Positions 37,854 through 46,112 of a stretch of DNA of 49,731 bases are shown here, piece after piece. The position numbers and the translations under genes were made by a program. The stretch spans positions 1 to 49,731 of the forward strand of contig CBFGNU010000001.1 of the NCBI GenBank assembly GCA_965650195.1, in the 5' to 3' direction. The notes under the pieces are model-generated. The model did not search any database and had not been told where the DNA came from. It saw nothing but the letters and a program-made list of their open reading frames with translations. Numbering within the stretch: the stretch's first letter is position 1; the number at the start of each line of letters is the position of its first letter. Source of the DNA: an uncultured Mucilaginibacter sp. (GTDB lineage Bacteria; Bacteroidota; Bacteroidia; Sphingobacteriales; Sphingobacteriaceae).

Positions 37854-38143
37854 TGATGCGTTGTTTCTTTCGTAAAACTACAATAAAGCAGTAAATAACA
37901 ATAATTGGTTGTTAAGCTTAAATATACGATAAAATCCATGCTGAAGATTGCATTATGATTGGCCAAATATGTTAATATATGTTAAATTAAACACACCTGT
38001 CGCCAAGAGTTATTGATTTGAAATACATTTAACAAATTTATTGTAGCAGGTGGGTGGTCAAAACCGTTTAAACAACTACTTTTGTACCCGGATCAAAAGG
38101 ACTTATATGTCCTATCACCTGTCCCTAAGTATATAACGTAAAC

Positions 38144-39526
38144 ATGAAGAGATTTTTATCAGGCAAATTAATTGCGTTTTTAATATTAGCAGCCATAATA
38201 GCAAGTTGCAAAAAAGGTGATGACGTAGCTGTAGATGCTTATTTAGTTACTACCCCGGTATTAACCGATGTAACACCCACCTCTGTTAAAGTTGGTGGTG
38301 AGATACTGGTACAGGGTAGCCCTATCACGTCAAACGGTGTTTGCTGGAGCACAAGCAACGCAAACCCTACAGTTGCCGATTCAAAAGCGGCATTAGATTC
38401 TTTGGTAGCTTCATTTAAAGGAAAAATGACCGGGTTAACGCCCGCTACAAAATATTATGCAAGGCCTTACGTGGTTAATAAAGCCGGTACTTTTTATGGT
38501 GATGTGATTTCTTTTACTACCCCATCAACAACTTTTAAAATTAATGTTGCGGTAAGTACATTAGCTGGTACCGGCAATTTTGGCTATGCTGATGGGTCGG
38601 GGGCCACTGCCTTGTTTAACGGCCCTGAAGCTATTGCTCTTAATAAAATTACGGGTTTATTGCAGGTAGGCGACGTTATCAACAATACGATAAGAACGGT
38701 TTCTACCGGTGGAAATGTGGGCACTTTAACCAGTACCGACAGAGGTTATACCAACGGCCCTTTAGCTAATGCCAGGTTTTATGGAACGCGGGGAATGGTT
38801 ATTGATGCCACAGGTAATATGTACGTTGCCGACGCGGGGAACAATGTTATCCGAAAAATTTCTGCAACTGGTACGGTAAGCACATATGCAGGCTCTCCAA
38901 CAGGAGATTATGGCTTTGTTGACTCCACCGACCCGCTAAAGGCATTATTTAGAAGTCCGCGGAGCGTTGCTTTGGATGCGGCGGGGAACCTTTATGTAGC
39001 CGATTACGGCAACAACCGCATTCGCAAAATAACTACTGCCGGGGTGGTAACTACTTTGGCAGGTGACGGTTATGCGCGATATATGAACAGCAGCACTGAG
39101 AATAATACAGCATCATTTAACGGACCAATAGCGGTAACGGTTGATGCATTGGGTAATTTATACGTGGCTGATCAGAACAATTATGCGATACGTAAAATAA
39201 ATGTCACTACCGGCACAACGTCAACTGTAGCGGGCGGCTTGGGTATTACTGCGCAATTAGGATCTCCTGTTGCTATAGCTACCGATGCGCAGTCTAATAT
39301 TTACATAGTTGATAAAAACGGTCGAATTTTGGAACTGGTAACAGCGAGCCGGGCGTTGTATACGCTGGCGGGAAAACTGGGTGCGGTAGGATTTGTTAAC
39401 AGCGTAGGTGCTGATGCACGCTTCAATGTACCGGGCGGGATAGCATTAGATGCATCCGGCAACGCCTACGTCACAGATATTAATAATAATGCAATACGCA
39501 AACTGGCAATCACAGTTACTCCTTAA
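38144..39526 (+). CDS. NHL-repeat lipoprotein with N-terminal FN3-like domain
   Basis: Lipobox IASC, GVCWST..GLTPATKYY..YG FN3-like pattern, repeated D..GNLYVAD..N..IRKI NHL units. Confidence 0.9.
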   Translation: MKRFLSGKLIAFLILAAIIASCKKGDDVAVDAYLVTTPVLTDVTPTSVKVGGEILVQGSPITSNGVCWSTSNANPTVADSKAALDSLVASFKGKMTGLTPATKYYARPYVVNKAGTFYGDVISFTTPSTTFKINVAVSTLAGTGNFGYADGSGATALFNGPEAIALNKITGLLQVGDVINNTIRTVSTGGNVGTLTSTDRGYTNGPLANARFYGTRGMVIDATGNMYVADAGNNVIRKISATGTVSTYAGSPTGDYGFVDSTDPLKALFRSPRSVALDAAGNLYVADYGNNRIRKITTAGVVTTLAGDGYARYMNSSTENNTASFNGPIAVTVDALGNLYVADQNNYAIRKINVTTGTTSTVAGGLGITAQLGSPVAIATDAQSNIYIVDKNGRILELVTASRALYTLAGKLGAVGFVNSVGADARFNVPGGIALDASGNAYVTDINNNAIRKLAITVTP

Positions 39527-39532
39527 CTTTTA

Positions 39533-39568
39533 ATAATCATCAGCATAAATATTTATGCTGATGATTAT
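39533..39568. terminator. 36-bp perfect palindrome between convergent genes
   Basis: ataatcatcagcataaat|atttatgctgatgattat, overlapping the radA stop. Confidence 0.6.
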
Positions 39569-41031
39569 CCAAACAGCAAGCCGAACACTTCTTCAATGTT
39601 GGCTACAGTTTTTATCTGGATGCTGTAGCGTGACAGGTCAATGCTTTTCTGTTTGCCTTTACCGCCTTGCGGCATATTATATTTAGAAATAAATATCTGT
39701 TCAAAGCCGAGTTTTTGCGCCTCTGCAATACGCTGCTCCACACGGTTAACCGCTCTTATCTCGCCCGACAAACCTATCTCCCCGGCAAAGCACGTTTTAA
39801 ATGGAATTGGTATGTCTTCGTGCGATGATATGATCGCAGCAGCCAAACCTAGGTCTATTGCTGGATCTTCTACCCTTATACCGCCGGTAATATTTAAAAA
39901 CACATCCTTAGCCCCTAGTTTAAACCCGCAACGTTTTTCTAAAACGGCAAGCAGCATATTCATGCGTTTGGTGTCAAAGCCGTTGGCATTACGCTGTGGC
40001 GTTCCGTAGGGCGATGTACTTACCAGCGCCTGAGTTTCGATCAGCATGGGTCGCATGCCCTCCAGGGTTGCAGATATGGTTATGCCGCTTAGCGGTTCAT
40101 CGCGTTGTGAAAGCAATATTTCTGATGGATTGGATACTTCCCTCAGTCCTTCACCCAACATTTCGTAGATGCCTAACTCGGATGACGAGCCAAAGCGATT
40201 CTTTACAGTCCGCAGAATGCGGTAAACATGGTGCCTGTCGCCTTCAAACTGCAAAACGGTATCCACCATGTGCTCCAATATTTTAGGGCCTGCTATCATG
40301 CCGTCCTTGGTTATATGGCCGATCAGGAACACAGGTGTAGCACTTTCCTTGGCAAACCGCAGCAATTCGGCGGTACACTCACGTACCTGTGATACACTGC
40401 CCGGCGTTGATTCAATATGCGCCGAGTGCAGTGTCTGGATGGAATCTACCACTACCAGGTCAGGCTGTAGTTCTTCTATTTGCTTAAATATGTTTTGAGT
40501 GGATGTTTCGGTAAGGATGTAGCAGTTGCTTTTGATTTCGGATTTCGGATGTTCGATTTCGGATTTATTTTTTTCATCTGCTAACTGCCCATTGCCCACT
40601 GCCGACAGTCTTTCCGCTCGCATTTTTATCTGCCGCTCACTTTCCTCGCCGGAAATATACAGCACTTTTTGACCCGGCATGTTCAAAGCCAGCTGCAGCA
40701 TCAGCGTTGATTTACCTATGCCCGGCTCACCACCGATCAGCACTAATGACCCAGCCACTATCCCGCCACCCAGAACTCGATTAAATTCCGCGTCAGGTGT
40801 TAGCAGGCGATGCGCTTCAGTAAAAGTAATTTCTCCAACAGGTACGGGTTTATTTGCGCGTTGCTGTGTAGTGGAGTTGCTAACTTTCCATGTTGGTACA
40901 GATGTGTTAGGTTTTTCCAGTATCTCCTCAACAAAAGTATTCCACTGTTGGCACGACGGGCACTTGCCCAGCCATTTGGCGCTCTCAAAGCCGCAGCTCT
41001 GGCAAAAATATGCTATCCTGGTTTTAGCCAA
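39565..41031 (-). CDS. radA: DNA repair protein RadA/Sms with repeat-derived insertion
   Basis: CQSC..CPSC zinc finger, GEPGIGKST, KNRFG, Lon-like C-terminus. Confidence 0.97.
   Translation of the reverse strand: MAKTRIAYFCQSCGFESAKWLGKCPSCQQWNTFVEEILEKPNTSVPTWKVSNSTTQQRANKPVPVGEITFTEAHRLLTPDAEFNRVLGGGIVAGSLVLIGGEPGIGKSTLMLQLALNMPGQKVLYISGEESERQIKMRAERLSAVGNGQLADEKNKSEIEHPKSEIKSNCYILTETSTQNIFKQIEELQPDLVVVDSIQTLHSAHIESTPGSVSQVRECTAELLRFAKESATPVFLIGHITKDGMIAGPKILEHMVDTVLQFEGDRHHVYRILRTVKNRFGSSSELGIYEMLGEGLREVSNPSEILLSQRDEPLSGITISATLEGMRPMLIETQALVSTSPYGTPQRNANGFDTKRMNMLLAVLEKRCGFKLGAKDVFLNITGGIRVEDPAIDLGLAAAIISSHEDIPIPFKTCFAGEIGLSGEIRAVNRVEQRIAEAQKLGFEQIFISKYNMPQGGKGKQKSIDLSRYSIQIKTVANIEEVFGLLFG
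40534..40603 (-). repeat. Heptamer-repeat insertion inside radA
   Basis: 40534-40566 is the ATTTCGG-family arm (encodes KSEIEHPKSEI); 40578-40603 reads GGCAGTG GGCAATG GGCAGTT AGCAG on the minus strand. Confidence 0.88.
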
Positions 41032-41032
41032 T

Positions 41033-41067
41033 TTGAATTACGATTTTAGATTTACGAATTACGATTT
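41033..41067. repeat. ACGATTT-heptamer tandem array directly upstream of radA
   Basis: TTGAATT ACGATTT TAGATTT ACGAATT ACGATTT. Confidence 0.8.
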
Positions 41068-41208
41068 GCAAATGTGCAGGTAAATATAAGAATTTATTGA
41101 ATTATTGCTAATTTAATTAGCATGTGATATCGTTTTGTAACAAAAAAGAAATTTGGCACTTGATAACGAAATAGTTAATTTTCCGATCAATTATCACCAA
41201 ACTAAACT

Positions 41209-43149
41209 ATGAGAAGATCATCAATCCACAGCAGCATTTTAAAATGCTTGCTGGCAGTATTTGCGGTGGCACTGGTACAGTGTAAACCTGCCCCAACATC
41301 TGAGTGGGAAAAAAAGAATGAAGAACTTATTGAACAGTATAAGTTAACCAAAAGGGAACTTTCGGGCTTGCCACAAAATGGCATCGCTTCTAACCTTGCT
41401 GAAGGCAAAGTTGTAGCTACAAGTACCTTAGACAGCGCTGAACTATATCCTGGCGTTAAAGCAAAAATGTTTTGGGGTACAGGTTTAATGAGCGTCGTTA
41501 TCACCCTTGATGCTAACGCCAAGATCCCCGAAGAAACCCTGCCTGCCGATAGGCTTTTGTTTGTTATGGAAGGATCAATTGACCAAACTGTTAATGGCGC
41601 TGCGGTTACCATGACTGCGGTAAAACGCACCCCACCTGATGGAGAACATGCCGGCACACCACGTACCGACTTCGTTTACCTGCAAAAAGGCAGTAAAAAT
41701 GCTGTTACAGCAGGAGCCGGCGGTGCCAAAATACTGGAAGTATACAGCCCTTTCCGTTTGGATTATCTGAGCAAGGCCGGTGTTAAAAATCTACCTGCCG
41801 AGATCAAAGATATTGACGCTACACTTGAGCCAAATATAGCGCCAAACAAGGTGTATGATCTGTACGATATTCAACTTACCCCACTTTTAAAAGGCGCGCA
41901 TACCCGCTTAATATCTACTAAAAACGTTCAGCTAAGCTTTATTTCTATGGATCCGGGTTCTACGTTTGACCGCCATATCCATCCTGAAGAGCAAATGATG
42001 TTTGTTTTGCGTGGTGGCTGCGACGAGATCCTGCTGGATGGCACGCAAGCCATGAAACCAGGCGATGTAGTACGCATTCCGTATAACATGGTGCATGGTG
42101 CCAATATTGGCGACCTGGGTTGCGATGCTATTGATATGTTCTGGCCTGCACGTGCAGATTATCTGGAAAAAGAGAAAACTGCCGCAGCTGCTTACAACGC
42201 TATTATCCCTGCCGGTGCTAAACCGGAGTTGTTTATAGATGGTTCTAAAACCAAACCAGGCTTGATCTTCAGCGAGGGCCCTAAATGGATGAACGGCAAG
42301 ATCTACATGTCGAGCATGTTTTTTGATAGGGACTTTAACGCTAATCCTAAAAAGAGTTCAACTGTTGAGATCGATCCGAACGGGACCTACAAGGCTATTT
42401 CTGCAGGCAAAATGCAAACCAATGGCTTGTATCCTTACAAAAACGGTAACCTGATAGTTTGCGACATGATGGGTCACCAGGTAGTTGAAATGACAACCAA
42501 AGGTGAGGTAGTTGGTGTAGTTGCCAACAAATACGACGGCAAATCTATCGACGGGCCAAACGATGTGATTACCGATGCTAAAGGCGGTGTGTATTTCACC
42601 GATCCTCAGTTTACTATGGAACCTACCAAGTTCCAGCCGGGCAGAGCAGTTTACTATGTATCGCCTAAAGATGGTAAAGTTACCCGCTTAACCAAGCCTA
42701 ACGAGTTTGCCATGCCTAACGGTATTGTATTATCGCCTGATGGCAAAACGCTTTACATTAACAACTGCTATGATGATGAGTCATGGTACCCGGTTAAGAG
42801 CGAGAAAGACAATTACATCTGGGCATATGATGTTAACGCTGATGGCACCATCAGCAATGGCCGCCAGTTTGCTAAATTGTTCCTGGTTGACCTTGTGTTA
42901 GACAGAAAAGGCCGCTCATCAAGCGCTGATGGTATGGCTATTGATAAAAACGGCAACATTTATGTGGCTACCTATTACGGTGTACAAATATTCAATAACA
43001 AGGGCGCGTTTGTTGGCATGATCAACCTGCCGCAGTTCCCGGTTAGCCTTTGCTTTGGCGATAAGGATATGAAAACCCTTTACATTGTAAGCTACGATAA
43101 GGTGTTTAAGATCCGCACTAACGCTACGGGTTATATTAATTACCTGTAA
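41209..43149 (+). CDS. Probable lipoprotein: tandem cupin domains fused to SMP-30/gluconolactonase beta-propeller
   Basis: LVQC lipobox-like; HIHPEEQ..GDVVRIP..HG cupin; SEGPKW, GPND, PNG, ADGMAID SMP-30 motifs. Confidence 0.85.
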   Translation: MRRSSIHSSILKCLLAVFAVALVQCKPAPTSEWEKKNEELIEQYKLTKRELSGLPQNGIASNLAEGKVVATSTLDSAELYPGVKAKMFWGTGLMSVVITLDANAKIPEETLPADRLLFVMEGSIDQTVNGAAVTMTAVKRTPPDGEHAGTPRTDFVYLQKGSKNAVTAGAGGAKILEVYSPFRLDYLSKAGVKNLPAEIKDIDATLEPNIAPNKVYDLYDIQLTPLLKGAHTRLISTKNVQLSFISMDPGSTFDRHIHPEEQMMFVLRGGCDEILLDGTQAMKPGDVVRIPYNMVHGANIGDLGCDAIDMFWPARADYLEKEKTAAAAYNAIIPAGAKPELFIDGSKTKPGLIFSEGPKWMNGKIYMSSMFFDRDFNANPKKSSTVEIDPNGTYKAISAGKMQTNGLYPYKNGNLIVCDMMGHQVVEMTTKGEVVGVVANKYDGKSIDGPNDVITDAKGGVYFTDPQFTMEPTKFQPGRAVYYVSPKDGKVTRLTKPNEFAMPNGIVLSPDGKTLYINNCYDDESWYPVKSEKDNYIWAYDVNADGTISNGRQFAKLFLVDLVLDRKGRSSSADGMAIDKNGNIYVATYYGVQIFNNKGAFVGMINLPQFPVSLCFGDKDMKTLYIVSYDKVFKIRTNATGYINYL

Positions 43150-43167
43150 GCATACAACACTCAATTT

Positions 43168-43204
43168 AAAAAGGCTCTCATCTTAAATGGTGAGAGCCTT
43201 TTTT
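43168..43204 (+). terminator. Intrinsic terminator
   Basis: aaaaaggctctca-loop-tgagagcctttttt. Confidence 0.88.
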
Positions 43205-43217
43205 GTGCCATGTTAGT

Positions 43218-43444
43218 GTTCCAAAAAATATAAAGCCACGAAAAATTAATTTTTTGTTGACGGGCTTAATCTGTTGTTTATCAATGCAGTGACTTTTAAA
43301 GGCGAAACAGTTTGGAACACTTTGAAACTACTTATAAGTCAGTAAGATTAGCTGTAAATCTGGCGTAAATTCCTTTTAGTCAATTACTTGTGGCGGTTTT
43401 GCTTTTTAGGGGATTTTTGGAACAGTTTGGAACAGGCGTGGAAC
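43218..43444 (+). repeat. Dispersed att-site-like element, copy 2
   Basis: TG(G/A)AAC boxes at about 10-bp period, core 43323-43358 matching copy 1, same core-to-distal-box spacing (95 bp). Confidence 0.75.
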
Positions 43445-43511
43445 ACCAATAATTGATCTGATTTCATCTAATTCAGTAGCCAATACGAGAAGGGCAACCG
43501 GATAGAGAGCA

Positions 43512-44114
43512 TTATTTTCTATGCAGATGGGCAGTACGCTTATACCTGCGCCACACCTTATACCAATGCTTATTGTTTGGATAATGCCTGTGATTTGTGC
43601 TGTTATTAAAAATAATAGCTACCAGTAAAAGAATAAGCGCACCGGCCAATACCGGGTTTAAAACATAAAAATATCCCAGCGCATGGATCTTTTCAGAACC
43701 TATATTGGCTATTAAAGCGGTAGCACCGCCGGGTGGATGCAGGGTTTTAGTTATCTGCATTAGCACAATTGACAAGGATACCGACAGCGCCGAGGATAGC
43801 CACAGCTGGTCCGGTATCAGCTTATAAATAGTAACACCCACTATGGCGCATACCACATGCCCTCCTATCAAATTGCGCGGTTGCGCCAACGGACTATTAA
43901 TAGCGCCATAGATCAATACAGATGATGCGCCAAATGATCCGATCAGGAATAGATTATCGGTCCCTTGAAAATTTCGACTACTTATTATTCCAATTAAACC
44001 AATTCCGAAGAAAGACCCCAGGAAGGTCCAGAAATGTTCTTTAAAATCAACTAAGGTTTCTTTGTAAACAATGTACCGCGCCGTTCTAACATGCCGGTGT
44101 ATCTTTTTAATCAT
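43512..44114 (-). CDS. HPP-family membrane protein
   Basis: GSFGASSVL, SPLAQPRN..GGH, HPPGGA; start at ATG 44114. Confidence 0.93.
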   Translation of the reverse strand: MIKKIHRHVRTARYIVYKETLVDFKEHFWTFLGSFFGIGLIGIISSRNFQGTDNLFLIGSFGASSVLIYGAINSPLAQPRNLIGGHVVCAIVGVTIYKLIPDQLWLSSALSVSLSIVLMQITKTLHPPGGATALIANIGSEKIHALGYFYVLNPVLAGALILLLVAIIFNNSTNHRHYPNNKHWYKVWRRYKRTAHLHRK

Positions 44115-44170
44115 GGCGCGCAAATGTAATACATCAATCCTGCTTTTTAGTTGTAGGGGAGTAATCGCTT

Positions 44171-44881
44171 TTATTTATCTGTCGGATTTCCGATAATCTT
44201 AAAAAACGCATCACGGTAACTATCGCCTATCGGGATAACCGCATCGCCAATAAATATTCTGCTTCGCTCAATTGATGAAATTTGTCCAACCGCAACGATA
44301 TACGATTTGTGAACTCTTACAAATTTCGATGAGGACAATTCCGACTCCATGTTTTTTAATGGTTGCAGGCTAAGTATTTTTTCAGATCGCGTATGTACCG
44401 CAATATAATTTTGAAGTCCCTCAATAAATAAAATGTCTTTCAGATCTATTTTCTGAAGACGATGTGCTGATTTTATAAAAATATAATCGGTCGTATAGCG
44501 TTCAGCTTTGTCCTCATTTTTAACATTTAGCGCAAGCGCCACTTTTTCGGCAGCACGATAAAACCGATCAAACGAAACCGGCTTTAGCAAATAATCCACT
44601 ACATCATTTTCAAACCCATCCAAAGCAAACTCTGCATAGGCGGTTACCAATATTACTTTGCATTGCCGGCCTGCTATTGACATAAATTGCAGCCCGGTAA
44701 GCTCCGGCATCTGGATATCCAGAAAAATCAAGTCGATTGTTTGATTGCGGATTATGCTTAACCCTTCAATAGGATTTGTTGCTGTAGCCGCCAACTCCAA
44801 AAACGGTGTTTTCCTCACATAGTCCACCAAAATATCAATGGCCAACGGCTTATCATCAACAACTAAGCATTTAATTCCCAT
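44171..44881 (-). CDS. LytTR-family response regulator
   Basis: Receiver domain (VVDD, FLDIQMP, YLLKP) plus LytTR (FVRVHKSYIV). Confidence 0.95.
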   Translation of the reverse strand: MGIKCLVVDDKPLAIDILVDYVRKTPFLELAATATNPIEGLSIIRNQTIDLIFLDIQMPELTGLQFMSIAGRQCKVILVTAYAEFALDGFENDVVDYLLKPVSFDRFYRAAEKVALALNVKNEDKAERYTTDYIFIKSAHRLQKIDLKDILFIEGLQNYIAVHTRSEKILSLQPLKNMESELSSSKFVRVHKSYIVAVGQISSIERSRIFIGDAVIPIGDSYRDAFFKIIGNPTDK

Positions 44882-45929
44882 TACATTCCTTCAAATTTAA
44901 TTTAACGCTGTAATACGTGTCGGTGTCATCTATTGTCAGGTCATATTTACCCGCAGCTAACAGCGCCAGTCTGCGTTTGGCATTGTTCAGTCCTATTCCG
45001 CCCATTTTATCTTTTTGATGATCGCTTTTCTTATTTATAACCGAAAAGGTTATCAGCTTATTAGTTGCCTTTAAAGATATCTTCACCGGGTAATCGGGCT
45101 GGTTAATTATACCATGTTTAAAAGCATTTTCAACAAAAACTATCAGCAGTAGCGATGGTATACGTTGCTTGTTTATGTCGCCTTCAACCACAAAATCCAC
45201 ATAAATCTCACCTTTAGCACTAATTTTTTGCAGTTCTATAACGTTCTCAAGATACTTTATTTCCTGCTTTAAACTGGTGAATTCCGTTTTGCTTTCGTGC
45301 AAAGTATACCGTAATATTTCAGAGAGCTTAAGCAATGCTACAGGTGCCTGGTCCGATTTATGATAACTAAGCGAATAAATATCATTTATCGCATTGAACA
45401 GAAAATGCGGGTTGATCTGCGACCTTAGTAAAGCCAGTTCGGCAGCCGACCGTTCCTTTTCCAATGATTGTTGCAGGTGCCTGGTTTTATACCAGTTGTC
45501 GCCAAAAAAATACATTAACCCGTAAACAAAATACCTGGGGAAATAATAGAAAAACACGTTGCTTATATACCGATATGCCGACCATTCCTGCCCACGGTAA
45601 TTATCGAACCCCAGAACAGGCAAAAAAACAAAATACTCTATGGCGTAGCGCAATGCAACCGCGCCGGTTATCGCCAGTAAAAAACATACAAATGCCTTAA
45701 AAAATTGCTTCGATACAAATAATGGCTTTGCCACCCAGCTGTAACCTGTATAAAAACAAAAAATTGGGATGGTGATATACCCGGTTTCGAGTATAAAATA
45801 TTTTAAAAATAGGGGTATGCCGTCGGTTTTTGCCTTAAAAAAATGGCTGGAATATGCCCCCCACAAATTGCTGATAAGCAACAGCCCCCAAATTGCAATA
45901 TGTATCAGTATGACATTTCTTTTTTTCAC
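44871..45929 (-). CDS. LytS/YehU-type sensor histidine kinase
   Basis: Four TM segments, LRSQINPHFLFN, VENAFKHG, GIGLNN. Confidence 0.93.
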   Translation of the reverse strand: MKKRNVILIHIAIWGLLLISNLWGAYSSHFFKAKTDGIPLFLKYFILETGYITIPIFCFYTGYSWVAKPLFVSKQFFKAFVCFLLAITGAVALRYAIEYFVFLPVLGFDNYRGQEWSAYRYISNVFFYYFPRYFVYGLMYFFGDNWYKTRHLQQSLEKERSAAELALLRSQINPHFLFNAINDIYSLSYHKSDQAPVALLKLSEILRYTLHESKTEFTSLKQEIKYLENVIELQKISAKGEIYVDFVVEGDINKQRIPSLLLIVFVENAFKHGIINQPDYPVKISLKATNKLITFSVINKKSDHQKDKMGGIGLNNAKRRLALLAAGKYDLTIDDTDTYYSVKLNLKECNGN

Positions 45930-46030
45930 AACGTTAAAATTAGAATTTCATATGGCGTACGGCTATAAAAATACACCAAAGCCTGATTTTTATTGACCAA
46001 GCGGTATTATTCTGTCAACATTTAAAATAC

Positions 46031-46100
46031 CCGGTTCGTCAATGCTACCAGCCGCTTCATCAATTAGGTTATAATCTGCTGTTGTGGCGGATTACTTTAG
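46031..46100 (+). promoter_or_regulatory. Putative LytTR direct-repeat box and promoter for the hydrolase gene
   Basis: CCGGTTCGTCAAT (46031-46043) and CCGCTTCATCAAT (46052-46064), 21-bp period; TACTTTAG at 46093-46100. Confidence 0.55.
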
Positions 46101-46112
46101 CTTAAAAACCTA

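Noticed and set aside
14349..43358. Treating the 29 kb between the two direct 36-bp cores as an integrated island (attL/attR)
   Set aside because: The interval holds core genes (rbfA, trmB, aroE, radA, xth) and no integrase, and both copies have boxes on both sides of the core. Independent dispersed copies fit better.
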